Assembly: GCA_937965695.1 (NCBI GenBank)
Contig: CALCKW010000030.1
Coordinates: 8,951 to 72,950 of the forward strand
Length of the DNA stretch: 64,000 nt
Reading direction: 5' to 3'
Origin: an uncultured Granulosicoccaceae bacterium
Lineage (GTDB): Bacteria; Pseudomonadota; Gammaproteobacteria; CALCKW01
Shown: in pieces, positions 36,874-47,046 of the stretch
How the letters are laid out: each line of letters starts with the position of its first letter
Position numbering within the stretch: the stretch's first letter is position 1
Notes under the pieces: model-generated
What the model was told of the DNA's origin: nothing
Databases searched by the model: none
Seen by the model: only the letters and a program-made list of their open reading frames with translations
Translations under genes and position numbers: made by a program

Positions 36874-37121
36874 AGGGTTTGATCACATACAGGCAGTGGT
36901 GTGCCTAGCACACCATCTGCGATTTAAATTACTGCCACCAACTGCTTAAGAAGCGTCTATCTGGACAATCAGTTGGCTGTATATACGGACGAGCGATCAT
37001 ATGCCCAATCCGAACGTGGCAGCCACTACTTAGAAATATAGACGTCGAGATCAAGGCTGGAGGTCTAAGCGACGAAAAAGGCGAGCCGATTGATAAAAAA
37101 TCTCCGTTTTGTAGCTTTCCG

Positions 37122-37631
37122 CTACAACGAAGCCTTTAATTCACGCAGGCCTAACTCTAAGCTCTTAGGATCTACAGCGCTGTTCAACACACAATGTTCC
37201 AATTTGCTCAAACGGTGCTCAAGACCATCAGGGGTTTCGCGGGGAATCGACAAGGCGTTAGAACAGCAATGCAATTGATCTAACCAAACTCGTACTGTGG
37301 TTCGGCACACACCCATCGTGTCGTTCTCACCAAGGCCATAAAAAGTAGCTAGAGCAGGGAAATAATCCGTTGCGCTTTCTGGGCTGCCTTGAGCACGTTC
37401 GACTGAGGCGACGCCTAGAGGTGTCAGACTGGCCACATGAATTTCAGGTTCCAGCTTGAGTAACCGACTTTCAGTAAGCCAGGCGACTGCACTTTGAATC
37501 TGTTGAAAAGAAAGCGCCTCAGCCTCGGGATTTTGCCAATATTTCACAGCAACTGCTGCCTCAGCCCCACTCCGCACATATAAGCGATTAAGCACCAAGA
37601 AGCATATTTCCCGTGAAGGATGACACGACAT
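37122..37631 (-). CDS. Hypothetical protein, possible winged-helix
   Basis: 169-aa ORF; AVAWLTESRLL...ASLTPLGVASVE resembles a wHTH wing (LTxxG). Confidence 0.5.
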   Translation of the reverse strand: MSCHPSREICFLVLNRLYVRSGAEAAVAVKYWQNPEAEALSFQQIQSAVAWLTESRLLKLEPEIHVASLTPLGVASVERAQGSPESATDYFPALATFYGLGENDTMGVCRTTVRVWLDQLHCCSNALSIPRETPDGLEHRLSKLEHCVLNSAVDPKSLELGLRELKASL

Positions 37632-37823
37632 TTTTTAAGATCTCTAAACTTTGGATAGACGGGAATAACCCGACAATTCTACCGTATATTTACACTCAAC
37701 GATGCATGTTAAGAAAACAAACGTATAGATATAGTTACAAAATCTCAGAATTGACCGAATCTGTAGCCGCATAGCTAAGCGACAGTTCCGCATATCGGAA
37801 CTCTAACCTGGTTGCGGAGAACG

Positions 37824-38699
37824 CTAATCCGTTTTTGCCCCTTGCAGCCTAGCTAATAAGCTTGAAGTGTCCCAACGATTGCCGCCCATGCGTTGAACAT
37901 CGCCATAGAAATTATCGACGACGGTGGTGATCGGTAGCTGGGCGCCATTACTGCGTGCTTCATCCAAAACGATCCCTAAGTCTTTTCGCATCCAATCAAC
38001 AGCGAAGCCAAAGTCATAACGACCTTCGATCATCGTCTCAGCTCTGTTTTCCATTTGCCAAGATTGCGCAGCACCCTTGCTTATGACATCAAAAACGGCA
38101 GCACTGTCCAAACCTGCTTTTTCTGCGAAATGAACCCCTTCAGAAAGACCTTGTAGAAGACCGGCAATGCAAATTTGATTGACCATTTTGGTCAGTTGGC
38201 CAGCACCAGCTGGGCCCATCAATCGCACGCGCTGTGCAAATGCACTAATAATCGGCTCAGCACGCTTAAAAACTTCGGGCTCACCACCAACCATCACTGT
38301 CAGCACGCCATTTTCAGCCCCAGCTTGACCACCAGACACAGGTGCATCTAAAAACCCAATTTCCCGCTCAGAAGCAGCACTAGAAATTTCGCGAGCCACA
38401 TCAGCAGAAGCCGTCGTGTGGTCAACTAGAATAGCGCCTTCGGTCAACCCAGCAAGTGCACCGGAATCGCCAAAAACCACACTGCGTAAATCATCGTCGT
38501 TGCCCACACAGACAAACACTATTTCGGCATGTTCCGCAGCTTCGCGCGGGGTTGTTGCAGATTGCCCACCGTGCTGCTCTACCCATGCTTGCGCTTTCTC
38601 CGCGCTGCGGTTGTAGACTGTGACTTCATGTCCGGTCGATGCTAGATGGCCGGCCATTGGATAGCCCATCACACCCATACCTAAAAAAGCTAGCTTCAC
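37824..38699 (-). CDS. NAD(P)-dependent beta-hydroxyacid dehydrogenase (MmsB/GarR family)
   Basis: FLGMGVMGYPMA, DAPVSGG, KMVNQ, WMRKDL. Confidence 0.9.
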   Translation of the reverse strand: MKLAFLGMGVMGYPMAGHLASTGHEVTVYNRSAEKAQAWVEQHGGQSATTPREAAEHAEIVFVCVGNDDDLRSVVFGDSGALAGLTEGAILVDHTTASADVAREISSAASEREIGFLDAPVSGGQAGAENGVLTVMVGGEPEVFKRAEPIISAFAQRVRLMGPAGAGQLTKMVNQICIAGLLQGLSEGVHFAEKAGLDSAAVFDVISKGAAQSWQMENRAETMIEGRYDFGFAVDWMRKDLGIVLDEARSNGAQLPITTVVDNFYGDVQRMGGNRWDTSSLLARLQGAKTD

Positions 38700-38738
38700 T
38701 GGATTGTCCTTTGAAAAATATTGGCGCTCAACAAACGG

Positions 38739-39251
38739 CTAAACGCGGTCCAAGGTATAAAAATCGACGGGCCAAGCAGCACTTTCGCTGATAGCCAAAG
38801 ATCGCTGTTCTGTGACATGCCAATCTTCGAAATCAAAACTGTCGAGCCAGGTATCACCTTCAAATTCACCATTAACAACGGTCAGATAAAGGCGTTCAGT
38901 GCCCTCCATCGCCTCTCGACACAGTTGCGCACCACCAATCACGTAACATTCAGGAGCGTCAGGTAACAACTTGGCGGCAATCTCATAGGCCTGCTCAAGA
39001 CTATGCGCAACCTCGACACCAGGGTGCCTCCATTCCTTATCACGCGTTACCACGATATTAAGACGCTTAGGTAGGGCTCGTTTAATGTCTTCGCTAAAAG
39101 TGCGTCGCCCCATTATAATCGCCTTGTCCAGCGTGGTTCTTTTGAAGTGTTTGGAATCTTCTGGGATACGCCAAGGCAAACCACCGGCTCTACCAATAAG
39201 TTTATTACGGTCCATCGCCATGACCATGGCGCGACGTGGCCGGCTGGTCAC
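38739..39251 (-). CDS. folA: Dihydrofolate reductase
   Basis: [43 protein letters not shown]; GTGA overlap with thyA. Confidence 0.93.
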   Translation of the reverse strand: MTSRPRRAMVMAMDRNKLIGRAGGLPWRIPEDSKHFKRTTLDKAIIMGRRTFSEDIKRALPKRLNIVVTRDKEWRHPGVEVAHSLEQAYEIAAKLLPDAPECYVIGGAQLCREAMEGTERLYLTVVNGEFEGDTWLDSFDFEDWHVTEQRSLAISESAAWPVDFYTLDRV

Positions 39252-40042
39252 ACGGCCACCGGCGCAGAAATATGCGCCTGAGGTTCGTAATTCTCAAGCG
39301 TGAAATCATCAAATTTAAAGGAAAAAAGATCTTCAACCTGAGGGTTAATATGCAAGCGCGGCAATTTACTTGGCTGACGGAGTAACTGTTTTTCCACCTG
39401 CTGTAAATGATTACTATACAAATGTGCATCCCCTAGAGTATGCACAAAATCCCCCAGTTCCAATTGGCAGACCTGCGCAACCATCATAGTCAATAGTGCA
39501 TAGCTTGCAATATTAAAGGGAACGCCTAAGAATATATCTGCACTGCGTTGATACAACTGGCAAGAAAGTTTTCCATCCGCGACATAAAACTGAAATAAGG
39601 CGTGGCAGGGAGCCAAAGCCATTTGATCAATCTGCGCAACATTCCAAGCACTGACAATAAGCCGGCGTGAGTCAGGGTTCTGTTTGATCTGCTCAACCAA
39701 CATTTGCAGCTGATCTATCGATTCACCGCCTGCTGCAGGCCAACTACGCCATTGCACGCCGTACACGGGCCCAAGGTCACCGCTTTCATCGGCCCACTCG
39801 TCCCAGATAGATACACCGTTTTCACGCAAGTAATGTACGTTGCTCTCACCTTTTAGAAACCAAAGCAACTCATGCACGATAGAACGCATATGTAACTTCT
39901 TCGTCGTCAGAAGTGGAAAGCCTTGCTTTAAGTCAAAGCGCATTTGATGACCAAAGACAGAGCGCGTACCCGTGCCCGTTCTGTCTGACTTATCCACGCC
40001 ATGATCGCGCACATGACGCATCAATTCCAAATACTGTTGCAT
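39248..40042 (-). CDS. thyA: Thymidylate synthase
   Basis: [34 protein letters not shown]. Confidence 0.98.
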   Translation of the reverse strand: MQQYLELMRHVRDHGVDKSDRTGTGTRSVFGHQMRFDLKQGFPLLTTKKLHMRSIVHELLWFLKGESNVHYLRENGVSIWDEWADESGDLGPVYGVQWRSWPAAGGESIDQLQMLVEQIKQNPDSRRLIVSAWNVAQIDQMALAPCHALFQFYVADGKLSCQLYQRSADIFLGVPFNIASYALLTMMVAQVCQLELGDFVHTLGDAHLYSNHLQQVEKQLLRQPSKLPRLHINPQVEDLFSFKFDDFTLENYEPQAHISAPVAV

Positions 40043-40046
40043 CGAT

Positions 40047-40841
40047 TTATACCTCGGCTGCGACGTGATTACGTCTGTAAGACCAGACTAAAACAGCAAT
40101 ACCAATGGCAATCATTGGTAAGCAGAGAACTTGCCCTTTAGTCATCCAATCAAAAGCCACAAAACCCAAATGTTGATCGGGCATACGGAAAAATTCTACA
40201 AAAAACCTGAACATTCCGTATAGCAATACCAGCGTTGCGGCTAGCGCTCCCGTTGGCGGATTACGCTTTGAATAAATCAATAAACAGACAAACAACAAAA
40301 CCCCTTCCAAGGCGAACTCATAGAGCTGCGACGGGTGTCGTGGCAACGGACCACCGTTAGGGAAAACCACTCCCCACGATACATCGGTGGTTCGGCCCCA
40401 TAACTCGGCATTGATAAAATTACCGATACGACCTGCGCCAAGACCAATAGGTGTTACCAATGCCACGCGATCAGCAACTGCTAAAAACTCGTGGCCTGTT
40501 TTTCGAGCAAAAATATACATGGCAGCAGCCACGCCGAGGATGCCACCATGAAAAGACATACCACCCTCCCACAACCGAACAATCATCAACGGATCTTGCA
40601 AGAAAGCCGAGAAATTGTAAAAAAAGAGATACCCTAGGCGCCCACCCAAAATCACCCCGAGAGCACAGTAGAAGATCAGATCATCAACTTGCTGCAAGGT
40701 CCAGCTGTTATTCGTTTTTTGCGCCCATCGACGAATCAACCACCACGCAGACAGGAAACCCACCATGTACATCAGGCCGTACCAATGAATTTGTACAGGG
40801 CCTAATGCAATAGCTACGGGGTCAATATTGGGAAAGTCCAT
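40047..40841 (-). CDS. lgt: Prolipoprotein diacylglyceryl transferase
   Basis: [40 protein letters not shown]. Confidence 0.97.
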   Translation of the reverse strand: MDFPNIDPVAIALGPVQIHWYGLMYMVGFLSAWWLIRRWAQKTNNSWTLQQVDDLIFYCALGVILGGRLGYLFFYNFSAFLQDPLMIVRLWEGGMSFHGGILGVAAAMYIFARKTGHEFLAVADRVALVTPIGLGAGRIGNFINAELWGRTTDVSWGVVFPNGGPLPRHPSQLYEFALEGVLLFVCLLIYSKRNPPTGALAATLVLLYGMFRFFVEFFRMPDQHLGFVAFDWMTKGQVLCLPMIAIGIAVLVWSYRRNHVAAEV

Positions 40842-40886
40842 AATAACGGTCAGTGTCCTGAGTGCGGGTTTTGATTATTTTAACGC

Positions 40887-42071
40887 TTATTGATGACTAA
40901 CGTGGGCCACAAGAGTTTTCAAGTAGGCTGTTTCGGGCATTGCCAAATTCTCTGGATGGTCCATTCCCTGTTGGCCACGATCTAACAATCGAAGTTCGTG
41001 TCCCTGCTGACGCGAGGCTTGCAGTACAACATCTTGCAACTGTGCAGGTGATAAGTGATGTGAGCAGGAACAGCTGATTAAAACACCCGATTTGCCCAAC
41101 AATCGCATAGCCCATTGATTGAGACTGCGGTAATGATTACTGCCTTGCTTTGCGTCGCGCTTTCGCTTGATAAGCGCCGGAGGATCTAGGATGACCACGT
41201 CAAATTGTTCGCCTGCTCCGTGTAATTTTTTGAGTGCTTGTAGCGCATCGCCTTGCTCAGTACGTAACCGTAATCCATTCAGCTCAGCGTTGTTCTCAGC
41301 CTGCTGAAGCGCTGATGCCGAAGCATCTACACATAAGACATCGGATGCTCCACCTGCTGCTGCATTGAGGGCCCACCCTCCGACGTAGCTGCAAACGTCC
41401 AGAACTCTCGCACCTTTGCAATAGCGCCGAACGCCCAAGCGGTTCTCTCGCTGATCATAAAACCAGCCGGTCTTCTGCCCTTCTATGACATCGACAGCAA
41501 AGCGCAGTTCACCTTCTTCTATGACTACGGAGCCATCTACTTGACCATGAATCACTTCAACGCTCTGCGTGAGTCCTTCAAGTTCGCGAGTTGCAAGATC
41601 GTTTCGTAAGACAATAACTTCAGGTTTGAAAACAGACACGAGAGCTTCCATCAATTGCTCTCGCAATGCCTCCATACCGGCAGTACCGATCTGCACGACC
41701 AAAACTCGGTCATAGCGATCGACAATCAAACCTGGCAACCTATCCCCTTCTCCATGCACTACGCGATAGAAAGGACTCTCATACAAGCGTTCCCGAAGTG
41801 ATAGTGCTTCTTTGAGACGAGTTATCAGCCAAGACGTGTCGATGGCGGCATTCGATTGACGTGTCAACAAACGAGCGCAGATGAGCGATTGGGGATTGAC
41901 GTAGACCTTACCAAGTGGTTCACCACCTGCGGTGCACAAGGTCGCGATTTCTCCAGGCTCGAATTCACGAAGAGGAGTTTTATCTACGGCAATTTCATTG
42001 CTATAGACCCAGAGATGGCCAGCGCGCAAGCGACGGTCTTCTCTGCTTTTGAGGATGAGTTTTTTTTCCAA
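40887..42071 (-). CDS. rlmI: Class I SAM-dependent rRNA methyltransferase (RlmI family)
   Basis: GHLWVYSNE (PUA), GEGDRLPGLIVDRY, GQKTGWFYDQRENR, VILDPP, SCS, PETAYLK. Confidence 0.85.
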   Translation of the reverse strand: MEKKLILKSREDRRLRAGHLWVYSNEIAVDKTPLREFEPGEIATLCTAGGEPLGKVYVNPQSLICARLLTRQSNAAIDTSWLITRLKEALSLRERLYESPFYRVVHGEGDRLPGLIVDRYDRVLVVQIGTAGMEALREQLMEALVSVFKPEVIVLRNDLATRELEGLTQSVEVIHGQVDGSVVIEEGELRFAVDVIEGQKTGWFYDQRENRLGVRRYCKGARVLDVCSYVGGWALNAAAGGASDVLCVDASASALQQAENNAELNGLRLRTEQGDALQALKKLHGAGEQFDVVILDPPALIKRKRDAKQGSNHYRSLNQWAMRLLGKSGVLISCSCSHHLSPAQLQDVVLQASRQQGHELRLLDRGQQGMDHPENLAMPETAYLKTLVAHVSHQ

Positions 42072-42157
42072 AGTACGTGCTCCGAGGTGGGCACGTAGAA
42101 TATTACAGCAGGCGAGCGGTTACCATGTTTGTAACCACCACTACTTTATAAAGTTAG

Positions 42158-42667
42158 CTAGCCTTGCAAAGCGCTCAAGATTTTGTCTTCAAAATCGCTG
42201 CGCAAGCTGAGGGCCTTACCCACCTTGTTAAGATCGGCACGCAGTGTCTGGCATTCCTCGGAAGTACCATCAAATCGATCATACTTATCGTTAAATTCCA
42301 CCAAGAATTGCGTTGTCTCGGCAATGGTTGGGTAGAACTGTTGCGCGGCGCGCAAAACACCGTGGCGGCGCTCATGGCCGTCAATAATGCGCTGATATAA
42401 CTCAAAATGCCCGGACCCCAGGTAGTCCATTAATACTTCACAAAAAGCGGAGAGATCTTTCTCATTCGGCTGAAAGCCGACATCATCGGAATCTTCGTCC
42501 ACTTCTTCGGTTGCGGTCACACCTGCCAATTGACAGAACAACACCAACACTTCCTGTCGTTCATCAACCAACTTGCGCACCGTGCCACCAATGCTCTTGC
42601 GACGATCTACGCGGGGCGCTTCAGTGCTCGTTTTTTCGCTTGCCTGCTCGACACTTACCGGTTCCAT
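42158..42667 (-). CDS. rsd: Rsd/AlgQ anti-sigma70 factor
   Basis: ERQEVLVLFC, FCEVLMDYLGSGHFELY, FNDKYD, R..FEDKI. Confidence 0.87.
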   Translation of the reverse strand: MEPVSVEQASEKTSTEAPRVDRRKSIGGTVRKLVDERQEVLVLFCQLAGVTATEEVDEDSDDVGFQPNEKDLSAFCEVLMDYLGSGHFELYQRIIDGHERRHGVLRAAQQFYPTIAETTQFLVEFNDKYDRFDGTSEECQTLRADLNKVGKALSLRSDFEDKILSALQG

Positions 42668-42804
42668 AAAGTCCTACTCGAATTACTTAAACTATTTGAA
42701 AATGAGGCTAAAGTTTCTAGCTTCTATGACGCTTATGCAAATACTATTCCAAAAAAACAAACATTGCGCCAACTGAACCCTTAACGAATTGACATAAACC
42801 AGAG

Positions 42805-43272
42805 CTAGTCAGAAGGTGTGCTCAGCAGAGTCTCGTAGGCATCCAGTGTATCAAATCGCAAAGCTCGGCGCTCAGACACCGCCAATTCAGTTACAGAGAC
42901 ATTGGCTTGTCGAACGGTATCCGCATCGCCGGAGACCAAAGGATGCCAAGATGCCAACCCTTTTCCTTCTGCCAGTCGCCTATAAGCACAGCTCGCCGGC
43001 AGCCACGCATATTGCTTGGCCGGCATCTCGGCAGAAAGAACGAGGCAGTCTGGGACGAGCGTTTGTCGATTTCCATATTGGCTACAGCGGCATGCATCAA
43101 TGTCCAGCAGCCGACACGCAACACAGGTAAATGCAACAGACTTTGCGGCAACAATCTTGTGTAGGCAACAACGACCACAGCCGTCGCAAAGCGCCTCCCA
43201 CTGGTCAGAACTCATCTGCGACAGCGACAGCGACTGCCAAAAGGGGAGGCTATCGGCGATAGTAAGCCTCAA
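42805..43272 (-). CDS. ycgN: YcgN-family cysteine cluster protein
   Basis: [39 protein letters not shown]. Confidence 0.87.
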   Translation of the reverse strand: MRLTIADSLPFWQSLSLSQMSSDQWEALCDGCGRCCLHKIVAAKSVAFTCVACRLLDIDACRCSQYGNRQTLVPDCLVLSAEMPAKQYAWLPASCAYRRLAEGKGLASWHPLVSGDADTVRQANVSVTELAVSERRALRFDTLDAYETLLSTPSD

Positions 43273-44230
43273 CTTCTGCTACTTCGTCTCGCGAACCCAG
43301 TACAACGGGAACGCGCTGGTGCAGATGCTCTGGGGCTATATCGACTATACGACCTCGCCCAGTACTCGCGGCTCCGCCCGCTTGCTCAACCAACATGGCC
43401 ATTGGATTAGCTTCATACATTAGCCGCAGTTTGCCACCTTGGTTTTTAGCTGAAAGTTTAGCGTCGATGGGATAGATAAAAATCCCACCGCGGGTCAAGA
43501 TGCGATGCACGTCAGCAACCATTGACGCAATCCATCGCATATTAAAGTCACGCTCACGCGGGCCTTCCTTGCCAGCCAAGCAATCAGCTATGTAAGCCTG
43601 CATCGGCTCTTCCCAGTGTCGCTGGTTAGAAGCGTTAATGGCGAACTCACTAGTCCTCTGTGGCACTTGCAGTGATTCCTTGGAAAGGATGAACTCCCCT
43701 ACGGCTCGGTCAAGCGTATAGCAATGTGTTCCCTGTCCAGTGGTCAGCACCATCACAGTTGCAGGACCGTAAACCACGTAGCCAGCGGCAACCTGCGTGT
43801 TACCCGCTTGCAGGTAGTCCTCAGTGGTGGGGTTGTTAGAAGGTGATTTCAGAACAGAAAATATGCTACCAACGGAGACATTCACGTCAATATTTGAAGA
43901 ACCATCGAGCGGATCAAACACGAGTAAGTATTCTCCATCACCGACCAACGGATAGATATCCTCCATCTCTTCAGACGCCAAACCGGCTGCAGCACCGCTC
44001 GCTTGCGCCGTGCTGATAAATATCTCATTCGAGACAATATCCAACTTCTTCTGTGTTTCACCCTGCACGTTCTCGGTTTCAGCTGTGCCTAGCGCGTCTC
44101 CAAGATCCCCTTGTGCAATACCATCGGCGATCACTTTACTAGCAGTAGCTACTCCGTCCATCAATCGCACGAGTGCTTCGTCCGTTCCTCTGACGCGCAA
44201 ATCTTGCGTCAATGTCGTGCCTGTTTGCAT
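43250..44230 (-). CDS. fbp: Fructose-1,6-bisphosphatase class 1
   Basis: [45 protein letters not shown]. Confidence 0.97.
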   Translation of the reverse strand: MQTGTTLTQDLRVRGTDEALVRLMDGVATASKVIADGIAQGDLGDALGTAETENVQGETQKKLDIVSNEIFISTAQASGAAAGLASEEMEDIYPLVGDGEYLLVFDPLDGSSNIDVNVSVGSIFSVLKSPSNNPTTEDYLQAGNTQVAAGYVVYGPATVMVLTTGQGTHCYTLDRAVGEFILSKESLQVPQRTSEFAINASNQRHWEEPMQAYIADCLAGKEGPRERDFNMRWIASMVADVHRILTRGGIFIYPIDAKLSAKNQGGKLRLMYEANPMAMLVEQAGGAASTGRGRIVDIAPEHLHQRVPVVLGSRDEVAEVEAYYRR

Positions 44231-44382
44231 GTCTCACTCCGTAGGGCGCCGCTCGGCTGCCATAAACTCAGGGTTACATTAGCCCACTGAAAATAGTTGT
44301 TACTTTAAAAAAACAGGCGAATAACGCGCCACCGCATAGAAAACAAACAAAACAGCTGGATGCTCTCGGTCCAAGCTTGGGC

Positions 44383-44553
44383 CTATATTTCTACCATTTC
44401 AAAATCTTCTTTTGACGCACCGCAATCTGGGCACGTCCAATTCAACGGCACATCTTCCCATTTTGTCCCAGCCTCCAGTCCTTCACCAGGTGCGCCTAAC
44501 TCCTCGTCGTAGATCCATCCACAGACGATGCACATGTACTTTTTGAATTCCAC
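44383..44553 (-). CDS. Rubredoxin
   Basis: GTG 44553 after GGAG; YMCIVCGWIYDE..G...W..VP..WTCPDCG. Confidence 0.95.
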   Translation of the reverse strand: MEFKKYMCIVCGWIYDEELGAPGEGLEAGTKWEDVPLNWTCPDCGASKEDFEMVEI

Positions 44554-44854
44554 TGACAATCTGCTCCAACGTAATATTTTAGGTGTTAGCAAGGTAAACA
44601 TCAGCACAACTTGTGCAGCCATAAAAAAGGCGAGCAGTCGCTGGCAACTGGCACTTAAGCCAACCTACTTAAACAATCAATTCTCACACATGCCGCGCCA
44701 CCGTTAAACCGCCAATTACTGCCGCTAGTATTATTCGCGAAAATGTAAGTCCTAAATTATTTTTTACTAAGTTTGCGGCAACGAAGACGCCCTTCTAGGC
44801 CCACTCACTATTGCTCAGTTACACTAGGGGTTTTAGGACTAGACGGCACATCCT

Positions 44855-46147
44855 ATGGCAACTTCTGCTCAGCTTTTTGAACACGCCCAACAGCACATCC
44901 CAGGCGGAGTTAACTCTCCAGTACGTGCATTTCGTTCAGTCGACGGGACACCTGTTTTCATCGACAGAGCCTTCGGTGCACGCATGATAGATGTGGAAGG
45001 ACGCGAGTATCTCGACTACGTAGGATCTTGGGGCCCTATGATCCTGGGTCATGCCCACCCCGCAGTGATTGACGCCGTCTGCGAAACCGCAACACGCGGA
45101 CTGAGCTTTGGTGCACCTTGCGTTGCCGAAAACCACATGGCCGACAAAGTCTGCTCGATAGTACCCTCCATGGAAATGGTACGCATGGTCAGCTCAGGTA
45201 CCGAAGCGACTATGAGCGCCATTCGCTTAGCGAGAGGCTACACAGCTCGCGACAAAATAGTAAAGTTTGAGGGCTGCTATCACGGCCACGCCGATTCCTT
45301 GCTGGTTAAAGCAGGGTCGGGAGCGTTGACACTTGGCGTCCCAAACTCTCCAGGTGTCCCTGCAGACCTGGCAGCACATACCCTAACCCTGACGTTCAAT
45401 GACATCGAAGAGGTTCGCCGAACTTTCGCTGAGATTGGGGAACAAATCGCTTGCATCATCGTGGAACCGATAGCGGGAAATATGAATTGCATTCCGCCAG
45501 TTCCCGGATTCTTAGAAGCGCTGCGAGAGGTTTGTGATAACAGTGGCAGCGTGCTGATTTTTGACGAAGTCATGACCGGCTTTCGCGTTGCCTTAGGCGG
45601 CGCCCAATCAATTTATGGGATAACCCCTGACTTGACGACTTTGGGTAAAATTATCGGTGGCGGCATGCCAGTTGGTGCTTTTGGTGGCAAACGCGCGATC
45701 ATGGAACACATTGCCCCACTGGGTCCTGTCTACCAAGCGGGCACTCTATCAGGCAATCCGGTCGCTATGGCGGCAGGACTTAAAACGATGGAGTTAATCA
45801 GCGAACCGGGGTTCTACGACAAGCTTAACCAGAATGCAGCGAGGCTTGTTGATGGCATTGCAGCGGCAGCAAAGGAAGCGGGTATACCGCTCGCAACAGC
45901 ACAAGTAGGTGGAATGTACGGATTGTTCTTCACAGAAGCCAGTTCGGTCACGAGTTTTGCCGAGGCGACCACTTGCGACCTAGATAGCTTTAAACGCTTT
46001 TTTCACCTGATGTTAGAGCAAGGTATTTACTTAGCGCCTTCAGCCTTTGAAGCTGGTTTTATTTCTGCGGCGCACAGTTGCGATGATATAGATACCACCA
46101 TTGCAGCGGCAGCAAGTGCGTTTAAAACAATCTCGGCAGAGAAATAA
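44855..46147 (+). CDS. hemL: Glutamate-1-semialdehyde 2,1-aminomutase
   Basis: [55 protein letters not shown]. Confidence 0.98.
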   Translation: MATSAQLFEHAQQHIPGGVNSPVRAFRSVDGTPVFIDRAFGARMIDVEGREYLDYVGSWGPMILGHAHPAVIDAVCETATRGLSFGAPCVAENHMADKVCSIVPSMEMVRMVSSGTEATMSAIRLARGYTARDKIVKFEGCYHGHADSLLVKAGSGALTLGVPNSPGVPADLAAHTLTLTFNDIEEVRRTFAEIGEQIACIIVEPIAGNMNCIPPVPGFLEALREVCDNSGSVLIFDEVMTGFRVALGGAQSIYGITPDLTTLGKIIGGGMPVGAFGGKRAIMEHIAPLGPVYQAGTLSGNPVAMAAGLKTMELISEPGFYDKLNQNAARLVDGIAAAAKEAGIPLATAQVGGMYGLFFTEASSVTSFAEATTCDLDSFKRFFHLMLEQGIYLAPSAFEAGFISAAHSCDDIDTTIAAAASAFKTISAEK

Positions 46148-46180
46148 AAAAGCCCGCCAGCAAGCTGCTGGCGGACTTTT
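46146..46180. terminator. Bidirectional terminator between hemL and dgkA
   Basis: AAAAAAGCCCGCCAGCA-AGC-TGCTGGCGGACTTTT. Confidence 0.82.
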
Positions 46181-46200
46181 ACATAAGGCTGGTTTGTGTA

Positions 46201-46563
46201 CTAAAAAATCAGTAACGCCACCCAAGTGACCACTGCAAGCGTTGTCGCCAAGAATACTGCAGCAGATCCCTGATCTTTAGCGCGACCTGAAAGTTCATGA
46301 TGTTCAAAACCAATACGATCCACCACAGACTCAACAGCGGTGTTCAACAACTCGACGATCAAAAGTAAAAACACCACACCGATCAACAGCAGCCGCTCTG
46401 CGGCTGTATCACCAATCCACAAACCCAACGGCAACGAGAACACCAACAGCACCACTTCTAGACGAAACGCCTCTTCATGCTGCCAAGCTGATTGGAACCC
46501 CGCCATGGAGTTTTTGGAGGCTGCCCAAAACCGCGCGAAACCCGAGAGTGAAGTGCCCGCCAT
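46201..46563 (-). CDS. dgkA: Diacylglycerol kinase
   Basis: EEAFRLE, ELLNTAVESVVDRIG, LSGRAKDQGSAAV. Confidence 0.94.
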   Translation of the reverse strand: MAGTSLSGFARFWAASKNSMAGFQSAWQHEEAFRLEVVLLVFSLPLGLWIGDTAAERLLLIGVVFLLLIVELLNTAVESVVDRIGFEHHELSGRAKDQGSAAVFLATTLAVVTWVALLIF

Positions 46564-46568
46564 CTGGC

Positions 46569-46955
46569 TTAGCCAGCCGTCACTGAATTTTCGTAATTTG
46601 CTGCGGACAACAGCTCTTCTAGCTCAAGCGGATTTCTCGGCTCGATAGAAAACAACCATCCTTCACCGTATACGTCGTCATTGACCAGTTCAGGGCCATC
46701 AACCAACGCTTCGTTAACAGCCTTTACAATACCGCTTACTGGGGCGTAAATATCGGAGGCCGTTTTCACTGACTCCACGACTGCAATCGCGTCTCCACTG
46801 GCGACCTCAGCGTCGATTTCTGGCACCTCAACAAATACCACATCACCCAATTGCTCTTGTGCGTGATCTGAGATTCCTACGGTGACGCTACCATCGTCTT
46901 CCAATCGGACCCACTCGTGGCTAGCGGCGTATTTAAGTTCTTCTGGCAAATTCAT
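46569..46955 (-). CDS. gcvH: Glycine cleavage system H protein
   Basis: [20 protein letters not shown], lipoyl site [13 protein letters not shown]. Confidence 0.96.
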   Translation of the reverse strand: MNLPEELKYAASHEWVRLEDDGSVTVGISDHAQEQLGDVVFVEVPEIDAEVASGDAIAVVESVKTASDIYAPVSGIVKAVNEALVDGPELVNDDVYGEGWLFSIEPRNPLELEELLSAANYENSVTAG

Positions 46956-47046
46956 GCTTAGCTCCCAAAATTTTGCATTGCTCCAGGGTCATTATCCGTC
47001 GCCGCGAATAATACCTGAAGCTGACTCATTCAACCACGCGGCCCGT

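Noticed and set aside
36929-36936. ops/JUMPstart element before the polysaccharide operon
   Set aside because: GGCAGTAA has two mismatches to GGCGGTAG and no JUMPstart context
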